From assembly GCF_023055435.1 (NCBI RefSeq), contig NW_025963804.1, positions 62,001-126,000 on the forward strand: DNA of 64,000 nucleotides, in the 5' to 3' direction. The notes beneath the pieces are model-generated. The model searched no databases. It was not told the DNA's origin and saw only the letters and a list, made by a program, of their open reading frames with translations. The position numbers were made by a program, and so were the translations under genes. Every line of letters begins with the position of its first letter. Positions within the stretch are counted from its first letter, which is position 1. Positions 22,498 to 36,709 of this stretch are shown one piece after another. The DNA is from Haliotis rufescens. Its lineage: Eukaryota.

Positions 22498-23891
22498 GTC
22501 ATCCTTTATTTGACTCATTGTTGATAAATGTTAGCAAAGGATTACACAAACAGAATACACCAAACATGCTTTATATTCATTCATTCAAGTGTACATGCAT
22601 ATTTACAGGTCAACAGATAAACCAGTTTCACACCGGTGACCATCAGCTGACTGTCTTGTCACCTTTCACAATTAAACTGTAATGACCGCCCTGGCTCCGC
22701 TCGTCCATCTCACATCGCTAATGTGGTTCCCTCGAGTGTCGTATCTACACAAAGACATGGAGACTTCCTTTAAGTTCCCAGTGAATAGTCGCGCGTGTGA
22801 TATACAGCGCCACACCAGCTAGGGAGGGTTATATCTCTTCCCTGGTCACCTAGCACCCCCGGGACACGGTTCGCGGCGCCTCAGACGACTGGGCCACCCG
22901 TGCCCCCTGTCACAGATGACCAACTGTTGACATCGGTATATGTTATCGCGCATCCACATACCACGTAAGCAGAGTGTCAGGTGTTATTCTATCCCGGTGT
23001 CTGACGTATGCCAACTGTCTGTCTTGATGTTGTGCAACAAAACACCCGTCTCTTATAGCCATGCCCTGTACTGTTGTATATGACTCTGCTGAAATTCGAG
23101 AAGAATGTCTCGTGATAAGGTGGGCGTGGTAACTCGTTTTTCTACGTTTACCAGTCACATAATCTGATTTCGTCATTGCCAAGATAAGCTGTATGTGTTA
23201 CATAATATATGGTGTAGTCTTCCCATTTAAAACATACTGTTTGCTGCATTTCTTAATGACGTCATAATCCCATCGCTGTTTTCTGAAAAATGTAAACAGG
23301 CATATAAATTTATTCTATATTTATTAGGGATTAATAGGTGTCTCAATGATTCAGAGTTGCGTCCCTTAGGCATGAGAGGCAACGATGATCGTGGGTTTAT
23401 CACAGCCAAATCCGTGCTCCGTGGTAAAAATCTTGACCAGTATTATTTCAGTATTTCACTACATGAAGCCTTTTCGTTTTGTTTGTTTGTTTGTTGTTTA
23501 ACGCCCCACTCGGCAATATTCCAGCTATATGACGGCGGTCTGTAAATAATCGAGTCTGGACGTGACAATCCAGTGATCGATTTCATGAGCATCTTTCCAC
23601 GCAATTGGGATGCGATGACATACATCAACCAAGTCAGTGAGCCTGACCACCCGATCACGTTAGTCGTCTCATGATATATGTATACTGTAATGTATACAGT
23701 TCAAAGTCTACAGTCTACTGTATACAGTTAAACATCTCACTCCCCCATTTATGTATCATATAAACTAATAAGAAATGTAAATGTTTTCCGAGAAACTGTC
23801 ACATACACGTATATATTACTGTGAGGAGCCAACAACGTGTCAGCTCTTTTCTACATATCCGCCATCGTGCTGCTGTTGTCTGCTGTCCATG

Positions 23892-24687
23892 ATGTCTGAC
23901 CGACGCTATGGCTACTTCCGCTGCCCTAAGTGTAACGCCCACTGGGAGAGTTCCCATGTTTACTGCCACGGTTTCAAGGTAGGTTGTTGGTGGTTATAGC
24001 GTCTCTCTTTCAGACCCCTGAATATATATTTACTGATAAAATATTCACCCAACCCGTCCAGACCCTTCTCAGATCCAGCACCCTATAGATCCCTTTTCAG
24101 ATATGAAATTCAGAAATATGGTTCCTTTATAGACTTGTTTTTATTTAACCCCATACAGGACAGGGGCTTTTTTTTAATCTAGCGGTTGGAGTTAGTCACT
24201 GCTGGGGTAGCCCAGTACTTAATGTGTCCGGTCGTTCGACTCCCTGCACTGCTCATGGGTTTAAAGTCTGGGTAAATTAACATATCGTTTCAACAAAATC
24301 AGTTAATAGTAGTTGCGATTGTATCTTAGACATTTATCAAAATAAGATGCCATGTGTTGATATTTCTAAATGATACACGGAATTTCGGATATATGAAAAT
24401 AACTAAGGGTGTGTGATAAACTGTTTGTGACAGTGAAGGAAAGTGCATGTGTACATGGAGTATATCTTTATGTGTTATCTCTACAGGCTGTGTACGAACA
24501 GGACTGCAAGTCGTGTAAAATAGGCTGCCTCCCATATCGGGCAGAGAAGATGATCTGTTCCGTGTGCGGTAGTAAAGATTGCACATGCACCAGTGAAGAC
24601 CGGAAAAATAGGAATATTGATCTCAACAAACCTCACAGGTCTGACCTGTGTCACAAGTGCAGGTCTGGGAGACCGTGCATATACTGA
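23892..24687 (+). CDS. ZAR1-like zinc-finger protein, type A copy 2
   Basis: Exons 23892-23978 and 24487-24687; intact. Confidence 0.88.
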
Positions 24688-26080
24688 GGGTGCAGCATTG
24701 CACTGAAAGTTGACTGCCTACAGCACCAGACATTAAGGATTGCCTATCTCTCCATAGATAGATGGTAATAATGATGATGATGACGAAAATTCTTTGATAA
24801 TTGAAATGTCTGACAAAACCTAAACACTATCCTCCAGCTTGTGAGTTTTTATGGGTTTCTTTAGATGTTTGTAAGTGCACTGTAAATATAACAATTACCT
24901 TTGTCTAATTTGCTTTTAATCCGTACGACACTTGGTTTTTGTAACGAATTTACCCAATGAAATGATTGAATTATATAATAAAACTGCAGGGCAAACACAA
25001 AAGGATATTTACTTTGGCAGGTTACCAGACAATTGAGCTCTGTTCAACAGATTTATTTTTAAAAGTTGCGTCATTTGTTTGAGAACCGCACCGTGACGTT
25101 CATGGAAGTCGTTTTAGTATGTGTGTATTATTGTAAACAAGAGGCCATATACATCCATACTATTCAAAATCACTCCACTGAAAGGCATCAAGGGAAATCC
25201 TACTTCTAGTTTCGTTCTCCATCTGTTAGTCACACATAATCTGTATATGGGTGTAAACAAACTCCATATTTGGCATATAACAGATCAATATCATTCCTTG
25301 AATACGACACTCAGACATGGGCAGTTTGCCAGGTTGTCTTGTAAAGGGAGATAACCATGGTTCCTGTTGTTCAGGTGGGCGTAAATGGACCTAAGTTCTA
25401 AATATACCACTTACCTGCATACTGATGTCATATCTATCCATGCGGTTTATATAAATAAAACATTTCATTGCCATGATTGCTCTCTGTGTTACGTTCCTTA
25501 AATATTGTTTGGGTAACCTAGTAGTTATTGCGTTCGCTCGTCACACAAAAGGCAGGATTCTATATTAGTTTCCATATTTTCATAAACTATTTCTCTATAT
25601 GGAGTATCAAACGACGATATCTTTTCTTCAGTTGTACATCGCCTATATTCGTTATAAACTACATGTGTATCTGGCCAGGTGATGTGAGGCGACCCAAAGT
25701 CGTTCCAGGATTCTCTGATTGTTGGTTTGAATATCAGATTCTTCCTGATTATGATCCATGGTTTGTACCTATTGTATATTGTACATGTTACACATACTGA
25801 TGGACAAAATTAACGGAACACAGCACAATATCGAAGAATATCATTTACTTCTGTTTCCAATTAAAAAGACATGCAACAGTTTGTCACTGAGGGTAATTCA
25901 GACACTGATGCGTTTAACACATTGCCAAATAGTGTCTCCTCATCGTCAGGCACTCTCCGACTTACAACTGTTCCCCTATATTTGTCCACAGTATATACAC
26001 CCTCTCATTAGCCTCTGGCTGTCAACTATGTAAATGCCTGACTTTTCTAAAGATTGTATAATAATAAGGACCCAATGATT

Positions 26081-26602
26081 AGATAGACACAATTTTATGG
26101 ATAACAACTTCTTTAATACTGTAAAAGGCGACGTTTCGGTATAGATCCTTATACCGTTGTCAAGCAAGACTGAATGAGGGACATAGTGCAGAATATATAT
26201 AGCAAGTGGAGGATTAACAGTAGAGGATTAACAGTAACAAAAAGGGCATACATGAGTGGGATAACATAGGTAGGTGTGACAACAAGGATGATGCTATCAC
26301 AACACGATGGACAGAAAACACATAGCTGGAAGCCAATGGGGCATGAAGCCAATAAACAGGTGATTATTGTTTGATGAGTTCATAGTAGGCGGATGGGATG
26401 AAATAGCCTTGATCTCTGTTGATTGTTGGGTTGTGGCGGCGAATGTGGACTGCTTCTGTTAGTTTTCTTTTGGTGAAATCATGGAGGTTGTTGGCGAGGA
26501 TTTGGACGTTGTCCCAGTTGATGATGTGATTGGGACAGTTGATGATATGGTCCGAGATGGCTGATTTGCTGTCGGATTAAGTAATGCCTATCAAACAAGT
26601 TA
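26081..26602 (-). mobile_element. Penelope-like element 3' fragment (GIY-YIG C-terminus plus pLTR)
   Basis: Minus strand translates SAISDHIINCPNHIINWDNVQIL...RKLTEAVHIRRHNPTINRDQG; flanked by ACCCAATGATT direct repeats. Confidence 0.8.
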
Positions 26603-27714
26603 ACCCAATGATTGTATATATGATGATATTCCTGTACCACATATGCTTGTTGTGTTATATTTATGTAACCATTCCATGATTAAATCATCATGTGATAAAA
26701 AGACACAGTGACTTTGTCCTTGCTTTTACAAGATCCATTGTCACGTGGATCATGTTTGATTGGAATCTTATGTGAGTGAGTGGGTTGGGTTTATACGCCG
26801 TTTTGAACAGTATTTTACTAATACCGTTGCTGACATCATTATGAAGCAGTGACTTGAAGCCCCGATCATCAGAGTAAACTTTGGTCCCTTGTCCTGTGAT
26901 TACTAGAAATGGTGATGCGAAGGGGAAGGGGTTAACTATGAGACAGAGAACCATAAACGGAGATGTCCAACTATCAATATGACTGTTGCTTGATGAACCA
27001 TTACCGACTGGTTTATACAGACGCTCACAGTATTGACAACTGGTTTCAGTGAACTCGGTTCTATAACTCTTGTAGACCGCGTTATATAAATACATGTTGG
27101 ATATATTTTGCGAATAAACTTTCATTTGTATTATTGGGTTAACGTTAATATCTACAATACCGAAACATATCAAGCATTTAAAAGAGGTCATTGTTCTATA
27201 CAGTTATGGGAAATGAGAACTGCATTGTCGTAACTCTCAGTTCTATGAAATACATTGTAAGGGACAATCTCGCTATCCTGACTTTTGGAAACACGTTAAA
27301 TATTTAAAAAATGTGAGGATTCGGCCAAATCTTCTTTCTCGCACATTTTGTATAATTATATTGAGTGTTTCTATAGGTCATGAATGTCCCTTACAGTATT
27401 CCATACAAGTGCTTTCCGACGCATGTCAGCCGTGATACATAATGTGTTACTTAAACATGAACATAGGTAGGTCAAGGCTGTCTGAATATTTATTCCCAAA
27501 CTAATAATGGATTTACGCAGTAGCTCATTGTATAACCTGACAATCACATTCGTAGAAATGGCTATTCCAGTTTCACTTTTGCGATTTGGTTTGTCTTCAA
27601 ATGTTGCGTGTACAGTAAATGATGTTCCAGACGTCAGGTAGCCAGACTCAGTTCCTGTTCTCGCCTCCGTCACCGTCTACTGTTGTCTAGTATTGTCTGT
27701 ATCTGCTGTCCACA

Positions 27715-29813
27715 ATGTCTAACCGACGCTATGGATACTTCGAGTGTGATGAATGTGGTTCATCCTGGGAGAGTGCCCATGTCTACTGCGATGGTTTCGA
27801 GGTAAGTTGATTGCGGTTGTTTGGACGTTATGATTTAATTACAATGTTCACCCCGCGCCGATTGGTACGATTCTCTTTAAGGTACACGCGACAGGACTTA
27901 ACATGCTTGATCTGGTGTAAATATCACCTTGATAAGCGGTGTTTATCATATCCTTGTTCGCTTTACTTGTATGTGTTTGATTGTTATCGACATGTATGAG
28001 TAATGCAACGAGTGAGTGAGTGAGTATGGTTTTACGCCGCTTTTAGCAATATTCCAGTAATATCACGGCGGAGGACACCAGAAATGGGCTTCACACATTG
28101 TACCCATGTCGGGAATCGAACCCGGGTCTTCGGCGTGACGAGCGAACGCTTAACCACTAGGCTACCCGACCGCCCAGTAATGCAATGAACCCTTTCGGGA
28201 CGATGTCGTTCCAATCGTCGGATTAATCATGTCCTTTATATATAGAAGTTAGTAACATTATTTTTTCCATTTTTCCCTTCATATTGTCCATTGTACTATT
28301 GCAATACTTCACAGAACTCTGGGGGCGGTCGGGTAGCCGAGTGGTAAAAGCGTTCGCTCGCGTCACGCCGAAGACCCGGGTCCGTTTCCCGACATAGGTA
28401 CAATGTGTGAAGCCCATGTCTGGAAAATTGCTAAAAGAAGCGTAAAACCAAACTCACTCTCTCACTTATAGAACTGTGCGTCGCTCTTTAAAGCGACGAT
28501 TAACGATACTGATTCTCTTTTAGCAACTAGACTTTTTATAGCCACCTCAATACAGTGAATCTACCAGCTGCAAACGTTATTCTGTATTTTGCTTATTCAG
28601 CACATGCCACAGGATTTTTGTGACGAACTTACTAAAAGAAATTATTTGAACTTGCTCCATATAGAAAAGCTTAGGCGCCCTCAACAAAATCTGGTGTGCG
28701 ATTAAACGTGCATGTTGTCTTGTATAAACAATTATATTTACCCTAATTTGTGACAAAATCTGACAAAAAGAGCGTATGCTCGCGTATATGATAAGTTTCT
28801 GAATTATGTATGTCGATTTTGAAAGTTCTTTTTTTTCTATTTCTATATTTATCAAGTAACAAATTAACTCACAAAATCAAATTCAACATGATTTGACTCA
28901 CAAACTTGGAATGATTTCAGCATATACCAATATAAAACTGCACAGCAATTACAGGTGTTTCCTTTGGCAACGAGCCAGGGGCGTTTCCGTTTAAATGGTT
29001 GCTCAAATGCATGAGTCATGTGTTCGATAATAGTACACTGAGGTTCTTGGAAGTCGTTTTGTATGTGCATGTTATTGTGAACAAGAGGGGGCGGTCGGGT
29101 AGCCTAGTGGTTAAAGCGTTCGCTCGTCACGCCGAAGACCCGGGTTCGATTCCCGACATGGGTACAATGTGTGAAGCCCATTTCTGCTGACCCCCGCCGT
29201 GATATTGCTGGAATACTGCTAAAAGCGGCGTAAAACCATACTCACTCACTCACTGTGAACAAGAGGCAATGCATTTCAACACAATTCACTGTTACGCCTT
29301 TGAAAGACAGCAAGGGAACATCCTACTTCTACTTTCGTTTTTCCATTTACCATCACATAATCTGTGTATGGGTGTAAACAAATTCTATATAGGGCATGTA
29401 ATATATCTACACATCTAACTCGCTATAAAATAAACTACGGTTATAACGAACTCAAAGGGGCTACTTATTTTAGTTCGTTATAACCGTAGTTCGTAATAAG
29501 CATATATACAACAAATGGCCGTGACCAAAAAAATAAGTTCATTATATCCGTCAGTTCGTTATAAGCGTGTTCGTTATAAACGTCGTTTACTGTATATCTT
29601 ATTTGTCCACTGCAGCCGGTGTACGAGCAGGACTGCAGGACATGTGACACCCCCTGTCTGCCCATCCGTGTAGAGAAGCTCATCTGCTCCGTATGCAACG
29701 AAAGGGATTGCATATGTACTGAATGTGGCGAAAGAGAGAGGAACATCGACCCCAGCAAAGCACACCGATCTGACCTCTGTCACAAGTGCCAGTTAGGCTA
29801 CCCCTGTCAGTAG
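27715..29813 (+). CDS. ZAR1-like zinc-finger protein, type B (94 aa)
   Basis: Exons 27715-27801 (MSNRRYGYFECDECGSSWESAHVYCDGFE) and 29616-29813 (PVYEQDCRTC...HRSDLCHKCQLGYPCQ); same intron position as type A. Confidence 0.87.
28010..28175 (-). mobile_element. SINE family 1
   Basis: Inverse copy; TSD AGTAATGCAA. Confidence 0.85.
28321..28465 (+). mobile_element. SINE family 1 (diverged)
   Basis: Same head and tail. Confidence 0.75.
29089..29253 (+). mobile_element. tRNA-derived SINE family 1, (CACT)n tail, 13-bp TSD
   Basis: A box TAGCCTAGTGG, B box GGTTCGATTCC; TSD TGTGAACAAGAGG; empty site at 38281. Confidence 0.88.
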
Positions 29814-31599
29814 ACAGACCTCCACATATGTAATCTATGAAGTGAACTTCTGTAGTATGCTTGATAGTAAGGCACAGTACTTGGTGTTATTTACATGTTA
29901 CAGGTACTGATTTACAAAAAATGAGGGGACAAAACTCAATATCGGAGAATATCATTTACTGCTGTTTCAAATAAAAGAACGACATGCTATAAGTTATGAT
30001 ACTGAAATTCACGCTTCTAGTGTATTGAATACATTCCACATAATGTCTGTCATCGACAGACATTCTTCCACTTCCAACCGTTCCCTTATTCTATCTTTCA
30101 GTATATACACACTCTCATCTGCCGCTGGTTGTTTACTATCTATATTCCGTTTCCAGGACCTCTACAAAATATACCTTTTCTACCTACGCTTCATTACCCA
30201 ACAAGACCTTGTTTCTGTGTAATATCATTCCATGATTAAATCTTAAAATACACAATGGCTATTTCTTTGCTTTTAACGAACACGACATCGTCATCACCAT
30301 TGTTCCAGTATTGTGTGGATCTTGTTTGAGCAAGGGCTTGTGTTAGTGAGTGAGTGGGTTGATGCCGCTTTGAACAGCATTTTACTTATATCGCGGCTTG
30401 ATTTTGGAGAAAAGCTCGTTTAGCGTTAAATACTCTGGTGAAAAAATCACGGATACTAAGGGTCACTACCGGCCAGTGTACACAGATGCTCAGTGTTGAC
30501 GACTAATATCGGCCCTTTCATACTTTGTAGCCCTCCTTATGTAAATACATGTAGGATATGTTTGACAAATATACCTTCATTTGTAGCGTTACTTATATAT
30601 CTGATATTTACTTTGTACACAGTGGTTTCTGCTTAGTAATATGATCTCCGTTATCTGTCTTCAAGATACACCGGGTGGGGCTGGGGTGGGGATGTGGGGA
30701 CGAGTGGCCCAGTCGTCTAAGACGCCGCGATTCGCTGTGCAGAGTTCCGTCCCTTGGGCACGCCAGAAACCGATGATTGTGGGTTCGAATCCCGGTTCGC
30801 CCCGATTTTGTTTCTAGGTTTGTCAGCACCATACCCGTGCTCGTGGGTTTCACCGAAGTGGTAAACGTCTGAGACCTTCATCACTCCGGCCTTCTTCCCA
30901 CATTAAGCTGACACGCCGCGATATAACTGGAATAATGTTAAAAGCGGCGTTAAATCCAACTCACTCACTCACTCACTCAAGATACACCATCCCCAGTCCT
31001 CTCTGCATGAAGACCAGCACTGAGCCTGTTAATGGAATGTCATTTTGTTACTTGAAGCTCCACAATCTCTGCTATCCGAGCATATTCTGACCACTGGAGG
31101 GTTTAGTATATAGGGAGAAATATCGGACACGGTTCTGTACAAAGTCATGCCTTCGAATGAGTGAGTGAGTATGGTTTTACGCCGCTTTTAGTGAGTGAGT
31201 GAGTTAAATTTTAACGTTACATCGGCAATATTTAAGCCATAACGTGACGAGACAAAATTTGACATTAATGATATATGTTTAAACAATATTAAAATTCTCT
31301 CGTCGAAGGACAGTTTAATAACTGAGTATCACAGATTTACGTAAAACTGTTTTGAGAGCATGTAAAAATGAATTAGGATTCACCAATAGGGGATAAAAAC
31401 GGGCTAAAAGATAAAAACGAATCACCACACTAGGGACCATGGGGACTTGTACTTTTGCTACCTGCATGGACCCAAGAAGAATTTACATCATACCTTGAGT
31501 TGTTGGCGATGATTGACAACATAGACAAACAACAATTAATACAACACATACGTATTCTACGATTTAAAAAAACATGGCAGAAATAAATATACTTTATTA

Positions 31600-33830
31600 A
31601 TCAGCAACAGCCATTGTGTTACCAACGATTCCAACATGGCTGGGTTACCAACAAAAACGATGTTGTATTGGCTCGTAGAAAGAACATTTAATAATTCAAT
31701 AATTACAAGTGGATGTGTTTAATTGCCTGAAGACAAGAAAGAGAATGTGAAAATACGATTAATTGCTTATATTTAGATTGTTTACTAATGAACTCTAGCG
31801 CTGTTGATATTGCTTTTGATTCGGCCGTAAAATGGAACAGTTATCCGGAAGTCATGAAGATGTAGTCCTGGATTCAATGATGGTGGCGCTGGCAACTGTG
31901 TCACCGTCCTTGGATCCATCTGTAAATATAGATGTGAAAGTATCACATTTGTTTCTTAATTGATTATACTCTTGTTGATAAATACGTTGATTTGTTTAAG
32001 ATTTCTTCAATTTAGTTAATATTGGATCCACCTCTGGCTTTACTAACGGCCATGGTGGAGAAGACAAAATCTGGGTTGTGGCTATATTTTCAAGTGTTAT
32101 TTTAGCAGCAGATATATGATGTTTTATACTTATACCAAGGGGCGGAGTAAGAGACGATTTTGTATTATAGAGATCGTTATAGAGAGGATTAAACACAATC
32201 GAAAGCTGGATTGGAGTCATTAGTGTTATGTAAAGACAATTTAATGCGACGTTGCTTTAGTGACGGTACATCAGCCTCTACGTACAGACTTTGAATCGGA
32301 TTGGGCATTTGATTTCTGTTCAACTTTTTCCTTTCTGTTTTTGTTAATTTTCGGTGATGCGAGGTCAGAGGTGATGCTTCTGAATGATTCTCAGAAAAAG
32401 TCGGTCGAAGGACAGACGAAGTTTGGACACTCAGGTTGATCAGATCTGACCCATGTCAAATCGGTCTGACACCGAACAGATGAAGTTTGAACAGGACGGA
32501 TGAGTGCAACAGAGTAATTCATAACCGAAGGAGTTGTGGCTTGACAAGTTGTTTAGCATCTGCGAATGAAATGGGTTTTTTCCGCACTTTAGTTTAATAA
32601 ATTTGGTTTCTGTTTGCCAAGTAGGGCAGGATTTAGAAGATGCCATGTGTTAGCCATCACAGTTGGAACATTTGACGTCTTCATGACAATCCATGCCCTC
32701 ATGGTTGGCACCACAACGCTGACAAACCACGGGGCGAGTACAGGTTTTTTAACCATGTCCATACTGTTGGCGTCTATAGCACCGGAGTGGATTGGGGACA
32801 TACACATCCACCCCGATGTTAACATAACCATCTTTAGTTTTTTGTGGAACTGAAGCACGGGCAAAAGTGAATAGATAAGTTAACTTTTGTTAGAACAATG
32901 TTTGATTTTTCATCTTTGCGAGTAAAACGTTTGATTTTTACTGATTGAACAACTTGATTCTTAAGGTCAGATACAATTTCCTCTTCTGAACATATCCGCC
33001 AAGGAACGAGTCCAGTTACTAACAATGCCACGAGAAGAGTGTGTTCTGTGTTCAGAAACAACAAGGTCCATATTGGCAAATAGATTGATTAGTAAGAGAT
33101 TGAGCGTTTGTTGTTTCCGAGCACATACAACCAGAAGAGATCCAGTACGGGGTCCGGTGACATTTTAACTTCTCCAAGTGCCCTTGTATTGCTTTGGAGA
33201 TAGCAAAGGGATTTAACTTAATGGGTAGGTGATCTGAAGCTTCGATTACAAGGAATCGAGCCCAGGAATCAAGCCTCATTAGATGAACTTGTGTTTAAAT
33301 GTATTCTTTTCGAACCAGTGTGAGTGTGAGCCATGATGAAAGAAATGTGTTCTGCACCCCTTATCCCCATCCAACATGGAGTGCCAAACAAAACTCCGAT
33401 GCAGAAGTGCACCAGAATATCCAACATCCAAACACCAGGGGTACAGGGGAGGACTACTCCAGTAAATACGACATGAAGAGCTATATTTGTCTACCAAATA
33501 CAATGCAAGACTGGTTCGGCCCATGACAAGAAATTGGAGACATACAGAACTCAGAGGGCGACATCAGCAGATTAGCCCATGAGCCACCGCCTTCTGGCAT
33601 GGGATTCCAGGCAAATTTATACAATATAATTACCATTTAGAATATGCATACCCAATATTCAATAATTTCAGCATGAATGTTTTCTATACGTAGAATCGGG
33701 CCAATTCTACCACCCGTCTAGGTGAAGTAAGGGTCGAAGTGGTGTGTTGGGCAAAAGGAACACCGGTTCATGGCTCCAGTGCCCTCAACCACCAGACTCC
33801 CGACCTCTACCGACACCCACGGGGAACGCC
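31600..33830 (-). mobile_element. I-clade LINE remnant with ORF1 N-terminus and 5' region
   Basis: RFLVIEAS..PIKLNPFAISKAIQG plus the same ORF1 and RNase H pieces. Confidence 0.8.
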
Positions 33831-34233
33831 AGCAATATCACTGCTGGGGACACCAGAAATGGGCTTCACACATTGTAGCCATGTCGGGAATCGAATCCGG
33901 GTCTTCGAAGTGACGAGCAAACGCTTTAACTACTAGGCTAACCGACAGCCCCAGCAAATGGAGTGAGACTCACTTCATCGTCGTAACTCTCAGTTCTGTG
34001 GAATGCTGCAAGGATCATTGTCACGTTCTCGCGACCTTGACATTTGGAACAACACTTAATATGCCAAAAAGGCTAACTCACGTACGTTTTGCATAATTAT
34101 AGTTTGCGTTTTCCCAAAGGGACGAGAACGTGAGAATGTCCCTCACAACTTTCCATAAAGTCCTCAATGAAACCTTTTATGCATTACTAGCCGCCATGTA
34201 CAACATACTAGGTGTCTTCTAATCTATACAAAG

Positions 34234-34398
34234 CGAGTGAGTGAGTATGGTTTTACGCCGCTTTTAGCAATGTTCCAGCAATATCACGGCGGGGGACACC
34301 AGAAATTGGCTTCACACATTGTACTCACGTCGGGATTCGAACCCGGGTCTTCGGCGTGACGAGCGAACGCTTTAACCACTAGGCTACCCGACCGCCCC
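34234..34398 (-). mobile_element. SINE family 1
   Basis: TSD CTATACAAAG; duplicate at ~52370-52530. Confidence 0.85.
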
Positions 34399-34915
34399 CT
34401 ATACAAAGACATGGTTACGAAGAAGATAAGGAGAATAGAGTTTCCTTTGTAAGACTTAATGGTTACCTGTAGGTAAGATATGTTGAATAATAAATCTGTC
34501 ACCTCAGAACAACATTGCCTGCATTGGAAAGTCGGTGCTAAGAATAGGTTTACCCGGTGTAGATATATTAACGTTTATTAAAAGGTTCTTGGAACTAGCG
34601 ATTGTGGTATTATGCACAGTCATGTTATATGACCCGGAAGATTATATGTCGACTGCGCTACGCATATATGCTCATTATCTAATGTAGAATGTATCATGAC
34701 TATAGTTAGCCCTTTATCTACGTAGTCATGTCAGCTTTACAAGGTGGTATAATGTCAGTTGCGAGACACGCATGGGCAAATCATTTCAACTGTCAAGAGT
34801 AGGCAGTTGTGGTTTAGTCTCCTCGAACACCGTCACTCAACGTTACCAGGAGTTGACTGTGGTACTAAACAGGCTGTTCGAAGTACGTCTCTCAAGACAC
34901 TGGAAGGTCAGCACC

Positions 34916-36709
34916 ATGCCAAACAGGAAGGGACGTCGAACCAAACCACAGAGACTCGAAAGAGTGTACGGGCTGTTCGAGTGTCAGAGATGTAAACACC
35001 GCTGGGGCGATGATGAAGTACGTCGTTACGAAAGGACGCACGAGGTAAGGACAGTATCACTTTCAAATAGTAATATGATTTGTGTACGCCATGGATAATA
35101 TATATCCATGTACATCATTGTAATAGCCTGCAAGTGTAAATATATTTCAATTGAAGTGTAATATTTCGTTGCGTGTTTATTCATTATATTTGGAAGATAA
35201 CGATTTATCATTCACAAGATTGTATGAAATTCCAATAATCTATTATCAATGTATATGCATTTCTTATTCTTTGACCTTTTCTAAGTCTGTACGTGTTCTA
35301 ATGATTTTAACTAAAGTTATCGCCGTCGTCATTGCATTATTTGATTTAAAAAAGCGGTTGACAGATGCAGATGGTGTGTGTTTCGCTGATGTGAACTGTC
35401 CGCGAAAAAGCTCGCATGTTTAGCATGGCCAAATTTCAGCACGAAATTGTGTACGTCCACTGTTTTATATGTAAGGAAAATCAATAATTGAAGTTGACAT
35501 TACGCCTTTTAACTACTCTTTCCTGACTTAAAACATAACCTTGCTGGATACTCTGTAGTATTCAGTTACACTGCCATCTGACTACACATCGTACAATTAG
35601 CATTAGCATCTATAGTTGCAAGCAATATCAGAAACGAATTATGGGTAAATTGTCTCTGGCAATATATGCAAACGGTCACCACCTACAAAGATAAGTTGTG
35701 TCAACTGGTAGGCTATTTAGTTGCAGTTAACATAATTTTGTTTACATATTTCTTGGTTATATTTGACCACAAAACGGAAAGTAAAATCAACGTGTTTTTG
35801 CGAATTTTCCATGATCTCTCTTTTCAACAAATAAATCCCAATGCATGCAGAAATGACCAATACAATTTTGTTATTAATTTTTTATGGATGCTGGTAACAC
35901 TCCGATATGAAAGATTTTCTAGTTTTGCGTTTCTTTTTTAGCAGAGTATATAACCTTGTCTGGTCTTGTCCAATATTCTAAAGCTACATTGTAGTACATG
36001 TACAGTAGGACAGAGCAACCATGTATGTCGCTTCCAGTCCATTTGTCGTGCAAGCTATACTGTTCTTCATATACAGGTATTATCTCCTACAAAGTGTAAG
36101 ATTTGCGGAGAGATGAACTTTCCTCACACAACTGAGCGTCTGGTGCAGGAGCGTCAGATATGGAGCGAAGGTTTCTGGTACAATCCCTCTTGCAGACCAG
36201 ACCATCATTCCTACAGGTCTTGGCGCGACAATGAACACCACTTCGACGACATCTATGAAGATCGTCAACAACCGAAACACAACAAGAAGCTCGATACACG
36301 CAACGATGGCGACGAATGTCATCAGAGATGGAGGGGAGGTTTCTGGTACAATCCCTCTTGCAGACCAGACCATGATTCCTACAGCTCTGGAAGCGACAAT
36401 GAACACCACTACGACGACATCTATGAAGATCGTCAACAACCGAAACACAACAAGAAGCTCGATACACGCAACGATGGCGACGAATGTCATCAGAGATGGA
36501 GGGGAGGTTTCTGGTACAATCCCTCTTGCAGACCAGACCATCATTCCTACAGCTTTGGAAGCGACAATGAACACCACTACGACGACATCTATGAAGATCG
36601 TCAACAACCGAAACACAACAAGAAGCTCGAAAGACGCAACGATGGCGACGAATGTCATCAACCACGGAAACGAGGGGCCAAGAGAAACAAAGCTTACAAT
36701 TACGATTAA
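34916..36709 (+). CDS. Derived 3CxxC-family gene (type C) with 3x 56-aa repeat tail (253 aa)
   Basis: Exons 34916-35044 (RVYGLFECQRCKHRW) and 36077-36709 (KCKICGEMNFP, then a 168-bp repeat x3); phase-0 intron. Confidence 0.72.
36170..36662 (+). repeat. 168-bp coding tandem repeat x3
   Basis: GGTTTCTGGTACAATCCC at 36170, 36338 and 36506. Confidence 0.95.
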
